Source: Macrostomum lignano
Lineage: Eukaryota
Assembly (NCBI GenBank): GCA_002269645.1
Contig: NIVC01000906.1
Coordinates: 1 to 64,000 of the forward strand
Reading direction: 5' to 3'
Length of the DNA: 64,000 nucleotides
Shown: one piece after another, positions 49,617-60,975 of the stretch
Layout of the letters: each line of letters starts with the position of its first letter
Position numbering within the stretch: position 1 is the first letter of the stretch
Program-made: the position numbers and the translations under genes
The notes under the pieces: model-generated
Databases searched by the model: none
The model's input: only the letters and a program-made list of their open reading frames with translations
Told to the model about the DNA's origin: nothing

Positions 49617-51129
49617 TTAATCAACGAGTCATTTATAAACGTTTTTAAATGTACACGCATGCAAATGTACTTGTGTATCAAGTAAACTTGGAGTTACCTG
49701 GGATTATCTTCACGATGAAATTCGAAACAGACTTACCACTGTCACAGGTTTACAGGTTATACTCGTATATGATTTCAATTTTTTCAATTATTATACCAAT
49801 GGTAATATGTATACGAGTATATCAATTTAAGCTGCGTATCCCCTGGGTGGGTGTAAGCCACAGATTGTAAAAATGTTCACTGTTTTTGCAATGTGTTTGA
49901 TCTGCGTTCTGAGCTTGCCAATGTAGCAAAGTACGAAAGTCGCGGGAGGGATTTAGTCTAGGGCAGCGATCGGACGCAGCTCGCACTGTTGCAACAGGAC
50001 TGCCGGGCGAAAGATTTCTCGGCTTGAGCGCTCGATATTCTCTGGGCACTAGCAAATAACACGTTAGCAACTGCTTTGAGAAATCTACAAGCTGAAGTTA
50101 CAATTAGCTGAAGAGGAAAATGCGAACTCGACTCCGCACGGTGACCGGTGCCGCCCAGGAGGTGGCTGGCATCACGAGAACCCACGGCTTGCTGCACATC
50201 TTTCTGTCCAGAAGCACAGCTCGACGTCTCTTCTGGCTGCTTCTGTTCGTAGCTGCCCTGATCGGCTGCAGCGTCCACCTGGCCAAGTTGGTGCAGAAGT
50301 TCACCGAGCGCTCGGTTGAGTCGCAGCTGAAGCTGAGGAGCGAACGAGCCCAGTTTCCCGACATCACAATCTGCAACTTCAAGCCCGCTTCTGCATCTTT
50401 GCTGACTTAAGAGATTTCTTTGAATTCCACTTAAAGCATAAGAAGTTCAAGTTTAAGGTGTTGCAATACTTTTAAAACTTCTGGGGCAACTTCGTCAACT
50501 GGTTCAAGGAGGACACCCAGAGGCGCCCGCAAGAATCGGATGAAAGCTATGATAGCCGACTTGAGAAGGTGTGCAAGAAGGTCCTGGACGTGATGTGGGT
50601 GTCGGGCGATACCAGAGACATCTTCCAGCTCGACGAGACCATGCTGCTGAGCTGCCGCTACAACAGCGAGCCGTGCAGTCACAGGACCAGCCGGTTCTGG
50701 AGCTGCTACACGTTCCACCCGGACCCACGGCAGTCGTCCAGCGGTCCTGGGGGCAGGGGAGTCGAGCTGGACATGGTGCTCTTCACCGATGGCAACGAGA
50801 AGTATCCCGACTGGCATGATACTCAGCCCGACGGCTGCATTTCTCGCAAGTTCTCACGCAGCAAAGCCGTCAACCGGCTGCTGCAGAGCAACGAGCCGCA
50901 GTCCGCTGGATTGCGCATTTTCATTCACGAGGAGAAAAGCTACCCGATGAGTCGTGCGTTATTTTGCTTTGCTACCCGTGAATTTGATTTTTGCAGCAAA
51001 AAGTAGCCCAAAACTTAATAAATTAGTTGCTTAATTTAGTGTCAATAATCTTTTTTCTTATATTTAGATAGACTTTAAACAAGTTTTTTATGTTTTAGTT
51101 GAAAAGTGCTTCATTCCACAAAAGTCTCA

Positions 51130-51530
51130 TAGCCCATGCACAACCCATTCCAAACCATTCTCATAGCCCATGCCAAACCAGTCTCACAACCCATGCCAAA
51201 CCAGTCTCACAGCCTATGCCAAACCAGTCTCACAACCCATGCTAAACCAGTCTCACAGCCCATGCCAAACCAGTCTCACAGCCCATGCCAAACCAGTCTC
51301 ACAGCCCATGCCAAACCAGTCTCACAGCCCATGCCAAACCAGTCTCACAGCCCATGCCAAACCAGTCGCACAACCCATGCCAAACCAGTCTCACAGCCCA
51401 TGCCAAACCAGTCTCACAGCCCATGCCAAACCAGTCTCACAACCCATGCCAAACCAGTCTCACAGCCCATGCCAAACCAGTCTCACAACCCATGCCAAAC
51501 CAGTCTCACAACCCATACTCAACCCATGAC
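51130..51530. repeat. Intronic minisatellite, 23-bp unit (cccatgccaaaccagtctcacag)
   Basis: Period 23 measured. Confidence 0.95.
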
Positions 51531-52424
51531 AGACCGCAGAGACCGAGTTCGTGGATGTGGCCTCAGCCAGCAGCACCTCCATCAAACTCAGGCAGATCCA
51601 CAACCGACTCATGTCGAAGCCCAGCCGCAGGTGCTCTGAGCCTCCAATCGAAACCATCAACTATGTCAGGCACTTCTCCAACGCCTCGCTGAACGTGGTC
51701 ACTAAGGCCTACTCAAAGTCCGTCTCCGATTTCGTAGTCGAGGCACAGCAGAGCATCCTGCACAGCAACTGCGGCTGCTACTCGCACCTGCTCCCGTTCT
51801 CGGTGAATACGAGCGAACTTTGCTACTTCGCTCCACCGCAGGACTGGATCACCCCATCGGATGCTGTGCTCAAGAGAATCGGCTGCCACGACATCTGGTT
51901 CCAGCACGCACAGAGTCGAGGCCAAGAGCTGGCGAAGCAGTTCCAGCACCGGATGTGGTGCCACTTCACCCAGCAACGGCCTTGGCAGCAGAGCCGCAGG
52001 TGGCCCCCGGGTTCAGCGCCATTCAAGAGATCTGGGAGAACCTGATGGTGCCGCAAGTCAGACATGGAGTCGAGTTCCTGCCCGAGGATAGCAAAGTGCA
52101 TCACATTTTTCGGAACAGCACCGAAACCAGGCAGGAAATTCAGCTGTATTTGCTAGCTCGTGGGTACGACGGTTGCCATTTCAATGTTTTAAGAAAATTT
52201 AATGTTACTAACCTAAGCTCGCTTGAAGACTATAGAAGAGAAATCGTTGAATCTGCAGTGTCTTGTGTTCCTCGCAGCGAACTGGTCAAAGAGCTGGCAG
52301 CAGTCCGTATCAGCTTGCAGAGTCCTGCGGCGGATGCTTACGAAGAGATGTACAAGTACCACTGGACCGAGGCCCTGTCGGAGGTGAGAGCTGCTTTCCG
52401 GTTGCAATATTCCCGCATTTCAGA

Positions 52425-52635
52425 CATCCCGCACTGACATCCCGCTACGGTTCCTTTGGCCGCACTGACATCCCGCTACGGTTCCTTTGGCCGCACTGAC
52501 ATCCCGCTACGGTTTCTTTGGCCGCACTGACATCCCGCTACGGTTCCTTTGGCCGCACTGACATCCCGCTACGGTTCCTTTGGCCGCACTGACATCCCGC
52601 TACGGTTCCTTTGGCCGCACTGACATCCCGCTACG
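52425..52635. repeat. Intronic minisatellite, 31-bp unit (ctgacatcccgctacggttcctttggccgca)
   Basis: Period 31 measured; it abuts the last DEG/ENaC exon. Confidence 0.95.
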
Positions 52636-52989
52636 ATTGGAGGAACTCTGGGACTCTGGCTCGGCATCAGCGTCGTGAGCACATTTGAGCTGCTTGAGTT
52701 CATCTATATTCTGGTGCAGAAGTGCAGGAGAAACGATGACGACTCGGACACTGAAAAAGAGTCCTGAGTTCGAATCGGCAGCTCTCTGCATAAGCGGTTT
52801 GGATCGGTCACTGGCTTCAGTTTCAACATTGCAAATGGCCGGCTGAGTTCAATGTTGAAGCTCATCCTTGATTTTATTTCAGCAGCGTATATTAGTAGGG
52901 AATTGCAGAAGCATCGCATCTTTGCTGCTCAGCCTGTGAGCAATTGGTAACCCTCTGTTGACTGTTTCTATAGCAATACTTCACGCTTG

Positions 52990-53390
52990 ACATGATAAAT
53001 CTCTGTAATGTACTGTCCCAGCTTGATAAATTTCTGTAATTTACTGTCCCAGCTTGATAAATTTCTGTAATTTACTGTCCCAGCTTGATAAATTTCTGTA
53101 ATGTACTGTCATGGCATGATAAATTTCTGTAATTTACTGTCACGGCATGATAAATTTCTGTACTGTACTGTAACAGCATGATAAACTTCTGTAATGTACT
53201 GTCACAGCATGATTAATCTCTGTAATGTACTGTAACAGCATGATAAACTTCTGTAATGTACTGTCACAGCATGATTAATCTCTGTAATGTACTGTAACAG
53301 CATGATAAACTTCTGTAATGTACTGTCACAGCATGATAAATCTCTGTAATGTACTGTCACAGCGTGCAGATAAATCTCTGTAATTTACTT
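52990..53390. repeat. Minisatellite, 31-bp unit (tgataaatttctgtaatgtactgtcccagct)
   Basis: About 12 diverging units. Confidence 0.92.
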
Positions 53391-55173
53391 GAGGCTAATG
53401 CAGCGCTCCGCTCTTTTGGGTCTTCTGTATGTGGGGTCCAGATATTTTCATTTTAAACAAGTGCGTAATTTGTTTGACCTTTGTTGTACCTTCAGCTGCG
53501 AGCCAGTCTGTTGCTGTCTCCGTCGCCAAAATTACACAAACTCAGTTCTACTGGATTTTACTAAAGCATCATTTGTTTTTAACAGTGAAAACTTTTAGTT
53601 TTCGAGTTCCTCTTGCTGGATTTAGTGCACCAATTGATCTTCCATTTTGAACAATTTTGAGTTCAATTCAAACTCAAAAACGCTTCTTCCAAATTTCAAG
53701 GCCAAGACAGAATGTAACGATATATACAGACTTTTTTGCGGCTTCAGCTTAGTAAAGCAATATGCTGCCGTGAACGAGTCTGTCTAGTCGTTATTGTACC
53801 CTTTTGCATGAAATTTATTGTTGCCGGATTTCTAATCAATTCTGCTGTCTTTGGCACTGTGAAAGAGCAGTAGTAAAGCTAATAGTCAGTCGTCTGTAGT
53901 AGTTGGAAAGGACAGTGAAGACGACTGAAGAAGACGATCTGTCATAAATAATTCTCTAGTGGGTTTTTCAGATTTCAATTAAATTACCAATTTGTGACGC
54001 GACCCTTCTTTGTTCGGTGCTGACGGCTATGCACTATCAATAATAAATTGAGTCTTCGTAGCAAGCAAGAGAGTCTTATATTTGAACTTTGACTGATTGT
54101 ATTTAATTGTATCATTTATTTGAACTGACAAGATTTAAACTATTGCCGTTAAATTATTAGTACTAAGTTATAGCGAACAGGCACCACGCGGCGGACCAAC
54201 CAAAAAGCACGCGTACGAGACCAGCGAAAGAGCGCAAAATCGCGATTTAACCGTCTTAAATAATAAAATACTCGTATTTCTATGAAGGAGACAGTAAAAC
54301 AAATTTTAAGCGTACAATATTGAATAACTTTAAAAGTTGCTAATGAATAGTAGATAAATTAATATAATGCTAAAGAGACATTAATAATACCAAATTATTT
54401 TTAAAAAATAAATGTCAACATCGTTACAAATAGGAATAAGGAGCTACATGTATGTCCGTTTCGCTACAAAACTTTGGCGGAGAAAATGTGGACTCTCCAC
54501 GTATGAGTTGGCTTTTATCAACCGAGAGTCGAGCAGTCGCTTTTCTGGAGATTAAAAATTTGGATGCGTTGTTTAGTACCGAAGTGCATGCTGCCTGAGC
54601 TGACTAGCGAAGATCTACAAATGCTGCACCGGCGGATTGAGAATGAAATCTGCGCCGAAATCGACCGAGACTCAACGAAAACTTTACGAGTCAAGGTTCC
54701 GTCAGTTCCTCAACGAGAAGGGGCTCGCTAGGAGTCTAAAGCGCGTGCCGGGTCGATTCCTGAACTGGAACGTCCGTCAATCGCCAGGTAAACATCATTA
54801 CCGGAGAATCATTCAAGTATTGAAACGGAGTTCTTGTCGAACTTATCTGTGACAGAAAAATAAATACTGTTCCTTTTTAATTAATTTTCCGTTCTGTTAA
54901 TTTTCCGGCAGCAATATACCAATATTGATGAACTGCAGAGGGCAGAAACGAGCTATAACGCCACGGCGCGCTGAGACAGTCTATGGTAAAATCCCATTTA
55001 CTCCAATGCATTCAGTCGGTTTCACGGCCCGCTGGAAATGTCTATGGCAAAGTCAGAAGAAAGCGGGGTCAAGGGACACCAGCACACCAGACATAGAAAG
55101 AAATAATGAAATCTAAAAAAAATTGTCTATGACCAAATCTCCTGGTTTTGCGAATTGAAAAAATAGTAACTGA

Positions 55174-55484
55174 TATTGGTTTTGTCAGCCTAACTGAGAA
55201 TAAAGCCATCCAAAGTGAGAATCCTGCCTACGCTGACTGCGAAGGGCCTGGCTGCGTGCAGCCTTAGTCTATGGGCCATAGATTATAAAGGACAAGCAAA
55301 ATAAAAGAATACGACGCATAGACCAATCGATTCTCACATTGGATGGCTTTTTATCACTTTGCTTGTCCTTTATTGTCTATGACCCATAGACTAAGGCTGC
55401 ACGCAGCCAGGCCCTTCGCAGTCAGCGTAGGCAGGATTATCATTTTGGGTGGCTTTATTCTCAGTTAGGCTGACAAAACCAATA
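55174..55484. mobile_element. Foldback / long inverted repeat, about 310 bp, bounded by TA (Tc1/mariner-type MITE-like)
   Basis: Arms about 55174-55300 and 55357-55484 are near-perfect reverse complements, with a spacer of about 55 bp. Confidence 0.7.
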
Positions 55485-56119
55485 CTAAGCATTATTAAAC
55501 AGCACCAAGCTTTACTTTTAAAATGTACAAGTTGTAGAAACATTAACTACATACTTATTTGCATACGAGTTGTTTTACTTATTAAAGTCGGCCACAGATT
55601 GCAGTGGGCGGGATGCCGTGAGTTTCTCTCCGTTTCAACACGCCTAGGCTAACTAATATACCACAGCCGGCAAACAATTGAATTGCTGCCAAGAGGATCA
55701 CTGCCGAAAACCATGGACAAAAGGGTACAATTAATAATAAATCCATTACAAAATTTAAAACATTTTTGTTTGCTTAATGGCGCGCAGCAGATCTCAGCTT
55801 CTCTTGAGGGTTGTCACGGCATGTGGCTTCCCTCTGCATCCGAATATCGTCTAACGGTCTGTAATTACCTCGCAATATTGTTATTCTGTGTGAGTGAGCT
55901 ATATTCTAACATAAATGTACATCTTGGGTTGCATGATTCATGTACATCGTATTGTGCACTTTTAGAACCTCAAATATATAATCGCTAACTTGGCCAGTTT
56001 GGGCCTCGCTTATTTCTCTCGCTCAGCTTAAACCGCTATCTTCAGACTTTACAGTGGCGTGTCGCCACTCATGGCTCAATTCATCTCACTGCCACCCCTG
56101 AGCAATATGGCTCAAATCA

Positions 56120-56282
56120 GCGGCCAAGACCTCGACACTCAAGGACTCCTTAATCCTTAATCAAAGATCAGATAGTGGCGACAGGCTGCTTCGATAAACT
56201 CCGGCGAAGATTGCTGCAGGAGTCGAACGTCTCTCTCAGCGATGCGTTGAAACAAGCGCGCGCTTTCGATGCAGCAGATGGG
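56120..56282 (+). mobile_element. Ty3/Gypsy gag fragment (relic)
   Basis: From 56160 it reads IKDQIVATGCFDKLRRRLLQESNVSLSDALKQARAFDAA, matching the typical gag segment RDQ(L/I)V.G...LRRRLL.E..LTL..A...ARA.E. A 7-bp duplication (ccttaat) breaks the frame just upstream. Confidence 0.6.
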
Positions 56283-56420
56283 TTGCTGATGAGGCCGATT
56301 CTCATGCACCAGATGGGTTGCTGATGAGGCCGATTCTCATGCACCAGATGGGTTGCTGAGGCCGATTCTCATGCACCAGATGGGTTGCTGATGAGGCCGA
56401 TTCTCATGCACCAGATGGAC
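56275..56420. repeat. 35-bp tandem repeat, about 4 copies (gatgggttgctgatgaggccgattctcatgcacca)
   Basis: Visible units directly following the gag fragment. Confidence 0.9.
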
Positions 56421-56874
56421 TGCTTAAGTCGATTCTCACGAGCATAATAATAAATAACACTAAATACAGTCTGTCTTTGAAGTTAATATTATATTTAGGC
56501 ATTTAGATTACAGTTGCATTACTTACAGTAGACCCGCATGTAAGTAAGACCTATTAAATATTTATTTCGATTTTCAGTCTAATAATTTTGCATTTTACTG
56601 TGTATTCGATATCAGAGTAAATAGTTTGCAAATTTGCAAAAGAAGAAACAATAAACAAACAAAAAGCAAAAGTCATTCAAGAAGCAACAAGATAGATACG
56701 TATTAAATTAGATGCAGAATAAAAGACAAAATACAAAAACAACTGCCGTTATTAATCATTATTACAGTAATATCGATAGACTAGCAGTTCCATAACGGTT
56801 GAGTGTTTTATCATCATCGCTAACTTCAACTTTAATAGATTTTGGGTTACCAATGCTTTCACATTTTAGGATTA

Positions 56875-57100
56875 TTCAAATTTTGAGTCACTAATGCTTC
56901 AAGATTACTCCAATTATGAGTCATTAATCCTTTAAGATTACTCCAATTTTGAGTCACTTATCCCTTCAAGATTAATCTCAAATTTTGAATCACTAATCCC
57001 TTCAAAAGAAGTCCAATTATGAGTAACTAATCCTTTAAAAATACTTCAATTTTGAGTCACTTATCCCTTCAAGATTATAATCTTAAATTTTGAGTCAAAT
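56875..57100. repeat. Diverged tandem repeat, about 35-bp unit (aattttgagtcactaatcccttcaagatta)
   Basis: About 6 diverged units just 3' of the minus-strand gene's stop codon. Confidence 0.8.
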
Positions 57101-59053
57101 CTATTGCCGCCTTGCCAGCAGTCCTTCAGTCCTAAGCTTCTCCAACAGTTCGGCTAGCATAGGCCGGACAAAAGTGCAGCCAACTCCGGCCATAAACCGG
57201 TCAGTCTCGGCCAAAGCTAACAGCTTGCCAATGGCTGCCAATCGCTGATCAATATCCGGATTAGCATCCCTCAGCTCCGGATTAAACAGCATCTCTGAGC
57301 ACTCGTACAGCGGCGTGATGGCCCTGCGCCACCGATCGACCGATGCCAGCTGGACGTTGAGAAACGCTTCGATAGCAGTGAGAAAGTACACGGCGGACTT
57401 GCACCGGAACGCCGGCAAAGGCGCTAAGCTGGCCAGTTCGCCCAGGAATGCCACGAATTTCTCGTCAAAGCCGGTCACAAAGTTTTGCGACCGGCTGCGC
57501 TCAGCCCGGCTCTGCAAGGCCTGAAGACGGTGCAGCAGCAGGCTGTCGAACCGGTGCTGGAATGGCGAGCCGTAGGCCTGCAGCAGCGCCACGCCTGCTC
57601 TGGAGGGGTCCACCTGGCCCAGCAGGCTCAGGTGAGAATGGCCCTCCTCAGTCGCCTTCACCACCAGCTTTGCCAGCTCCTCCAGCTGGCTGTCCAACAG
57701 TGCGGGGTGCAGCTGGAGCAGCCGCTGTGACGTCTGGCTGGCGTCTGAGCTGCGGATGAGGGGTATGGGCTAGGGGTTCTCAGGCTAGGGGTTCTCAGGC
57801 CTATAGATTTTGGAGTGACCTCACACTGGGCACTGGAGAGACTGTCGGAGTGACCTCACACTGGACACTGGGGAGAACGTTGGGGTGACCTCACACTGGA
57901 CACTGAGAAGACTGTTGGAGTGACCTCACACTGGACACTGAGAAGACTGTTGGAGTGACCTCACACTGGACACTGGGTAGACTGTTGGAGTGACCTCACA
58001 CTGGACACTGGGGAGAATGTTGGAGTGACCTCACACTGGGTAGACTGTTGGAGTGACCTCACACTGGACACTGGGTAGACTGTTGGAGTGACCTCACACT
58101 GGACACTGGGTAGACTGTTGGAGTGACCTCACACTGGACACTGGGGAAAATGTTGGAGTGACCTCACACTGAGCACTGGGGAGACTGTCGGAGTGACCTC
58201 ACACTGGGCACTGGGGAGACTGTTGGAGTGACCTCACACTGGGCACTGGGTAGACTGTTGGAGTGACCTCACACAGGGCACTGGGTACTGTGGGTAGACT
58301 GTTGGAGTGACCTCACACTGGACACTGGGGAAAATGTTGGAGTGACCTCACACTGGACACTGGGTAGACTGTTGGAGTGACCTCACACTGGACACTGGGG
58401 AAAATGTTGGAGTGACCTCACACTGAGCACTGGGGAGACTGTCGGAGTGACCTCACACTGGGCACTGGGGAGACTGTTGGAGTGACCTCACACTGGGCAC
58501 TGGGTAGACTGTTGGAGTGACCTCACACTGGGCACTGGGTACTGTGGGTAGACTGTTGGAGTGACCTCACACTGGACACTGGGGAAAATGTTGGAGTGAC
58601 CTCACACTGGACACTGGGGAAAATGTTGGAGTGACCTCACACTGGACACTGGGGAGACTGTTGGAGTGAAATCACACTGAGACTAAGAATATCAGAGTGA
58701 CCCCACACCAGAAAGAATGTGCAAGTGAGCCACTCAACGCTGCCTTACCTGCTTCCAGCCATAGTATAGACATCTGTCAGCAGTTCCCTGTACTGTTGAA
58801 AGGTTTCGCCTAGTTCAACCTTCTGTTCAGACTCAACAGATTCGGCAGACTCGGAGGTGGCGGTAGCAGAAGAATCTGAGTCCCAGCGTTGCTGATTAGT
58901 GTGCTGAGCTGGTTGTCTCCTATGTCTCTGCTGTGACTGCCAATTAGTACTGCTGTTATTGGACAAATTAGATTGCTTAGTAACTGGGCGACCTCGGCCA
59001 AAGCCGCCAAACTGACGGCCCCTACCACTGCCTGATGAAGACTCCGAGTTCAT
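57101..59053 (-). CDS. 317-aa protein with an N-terminal RG/FGG-rich tail and a probable MIF4G helical domain (PAIP1/CTIF/MIF4GD-like)
   Basis: Exon 59053-58749 (donor AG|GTAAGG, phase 2) joins exon 57749-57101 (acceptor ccgcAG) in frame, 954 nt in total. The helical motifs FDSLLLHRLQ...FVAFLGEL...VRPMLAELLEKLR recall PAIP1 FRQLLLQRC...FVLFLGEL...VKQMLLKLVELR (from memory). Gene structure is solid; the product call is about 0.5. Confidence 0.7.
57810..58700. repeat. Intronic minisatellite, about 35-bp unit (ggagtgacctcacactggacactgggtagactgtt)
   Basis: Visible units filling intron 58748-57750. Confidence 0.95.
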
Positions 59054-60133
59054 TTTTATTTGAATATTGGAAGCTAAGAGATTATTTAAGCAGCAAGTTC
59101 ACAATGAAAGCATTGTACACATTTTTACAATATTTATTTCAATTTATTAGCTTGAAATGGCCCTTGTTTAAAAAGTTAGTCTGTTTTAATGATGCAGTGT
59201 CTCAGTAAAGCACAACCAAAGGGTCTCTAGCAGACATACATTGCATGGCAATACAAAGAGCAACAAAATTTCATAGATGAAACAGCGAAATATTTATAAC
59301 ATGTCTGTCTATTCAATGTAGTGCCTGCTAGCAGATTTTGGCTAGCAAATTTCTTATTAGTAGATTTCAATTAGGAAAATTTCTATTAGCGACTTAAAAG
59401 ATAACTTTAATTTTGAGACTCTAATATTTTTGATTACTTCTATCCTAACTAGCTAGTCTATTAACAACAACAAGTTTCTATTTAAGCATGATTTTAGATT
59501 TAAGAATGCATGCAAAATAAGTTGCTGTAATTTAAATTAATAGGCCTATCTAGGTAAAAAATCTGTAGGTTTTGAAAGATATATGTATGCTTATATATAC
59601 GCAAAGTTCTGCAGCTAGCATAGAATTAGTGATGACTTTTGACTCATTTTTGCTTTTGAATGCATAAGTTTAATATAGTCTCCCTTTATAAGTCTCCCTT
59701 AATAACAGCCATTTTGGTAACAGCCACTTCAGTAACAGTCCGTGTAAATGGACTGCAATGGAACAGCCCTGTTGACAACTCTTAGACTCAATTGTACATG
59801 CACTATAGCCACCAATAAGGCTTCTGTAAACATGCACAATGTTTATTGTGTATGCTTGGACAGCCTAAATAGGCTCAACAATGCATTTTAAATTGACCTA
59901 AAGGTCAAAACTGTCAAAACTGTTTTTTCACATTTTATTTTCAGTTTTTTGTGCTTTTTATGTTTTTCCACAATATATTAATTATTCATGTTCTAAGTAC
60001 AATACATACCTACACATTTTACATATTTAATATCTATCAAAGCTAACAAAACTTTTTATTGTTAATTTATTACTTTTTTTAGTTGTTTATCTTTATTAGG
60101 TTATAAATTTAAGCACATTTATATATTTTTTAG

Positions 60134-60975
60134 ATATGCTTCCTCTAAAGCTAATTTAGTCAATGACCTTTCTGGGCAAGAGATTGTGAAAAGTGTCGAG
60201 GTAGATATTTTATACCATGCTCCAAGTCTATATGACATTCAACATGAAATGGAGGAGGAAGAATGGAGTTGCCTTGTTGATTGACTAGCTGATGGCTTTG
60301 CTTCCTTCTTTATTAGCAATGGTATCTATTCAGTATGCCATGATGTTAAGGATAATTTTTGTTACAAAAAGTGTAACCTACTCCAAGTGTGTGAGAAGTG
60401 CCTATCAAAGGTACATTTGCACAGTCCACCTCACGTTGTTTGCAAATAGAATGTTATAAGTTAATGACTTAAGATAACTAAGTTACGATTTAGGAAAATT
60501 TCAATTATCAAAAAATTTATACTCTATGCAGGGATCATGCTTTGAGACAGTCACATCTCCTGTTTCTATTGCCAGAAGAAAAGCTTGCAACTGCTCTTCA
60601 GTTCATTCTGGACAATGTTCTAGGAGTGACAGAAGAGGATTAGTTGTTGTTTAAAGCTCTTTTTTACATATCACTTATTGTTCTGATTATTCTAAAAGCC
60701 TTATAGCATTCATAATTTTACATAATCTAATTTGTTATCTTTTTATAAATTTTAGGTGAGGATATTTTTTTGTTAGTTGAGGTATGTGAGTGCTTTGATT
60801 TACACAGTACCCTACTAGTGCCTTTGATTGATTCTGTGAGAGATCATAGTTGGCACATTGGATTGCTTCTGCTGCTTGACTCTGTTTCATCTCGATGCAC
60901 TGCTTCTCTATCATCTCTGTGCAATGCACTGCAGAATTTGAAAAGTTCATTGTGGCTTGGTTCATGCACACAGAT
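60134..60975 (+). pseudogene. Decayed, intron-containing CxC2/CxC3-like cysteine-cluster gene (KDZ transposase-associated)
   Basis: Frame 60135-60452 reads ...EEWSCLVD*LADGF...YSVCHDVKDNFCYKKCNLLQVCEKCLSKVHLHSPPHVVCK*N. A GT-AG intron (60453-60531) joins it to GSCFET...KACNC...(frameshift)VLGVTEEG, then an exon from 60756 reads EDIFLLVEVCECFDLHSTL...LLLLLDSVSSRCTASLSSLCNAL. Confidence 0.5.

Larger units (their letters stand above)
50120..52767 (+). pseudogene. DEG/ENaC (amiloride-sensitive sodium channel family) gene with several disabling lesions
   Basis: Family motifs: pre-TM1 THG, TM1 RRLFWLLLFV, FPDITICN, SCRYNSEPC, CYTF, GLRIFIH, NCGC, and TM2 IGGTLGLWLGISVVSTFELLEF. Exons about 50120-50953, 51540-52383 and 52636-52767. 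Lesions: frameshift near 50390-50400, in-frame TAA at 50473-50475, frameshift near 52010, and no AG before the last exon. Confidence 0.82.

Noticed and set aside
50408-50475. Programmed frameshift or stop readthrough to rescue the DEG/ENaC gene
   Set aside because: There are several independent lesions, the stop is TAA, and no slippery site or stimulatory structure is evident.
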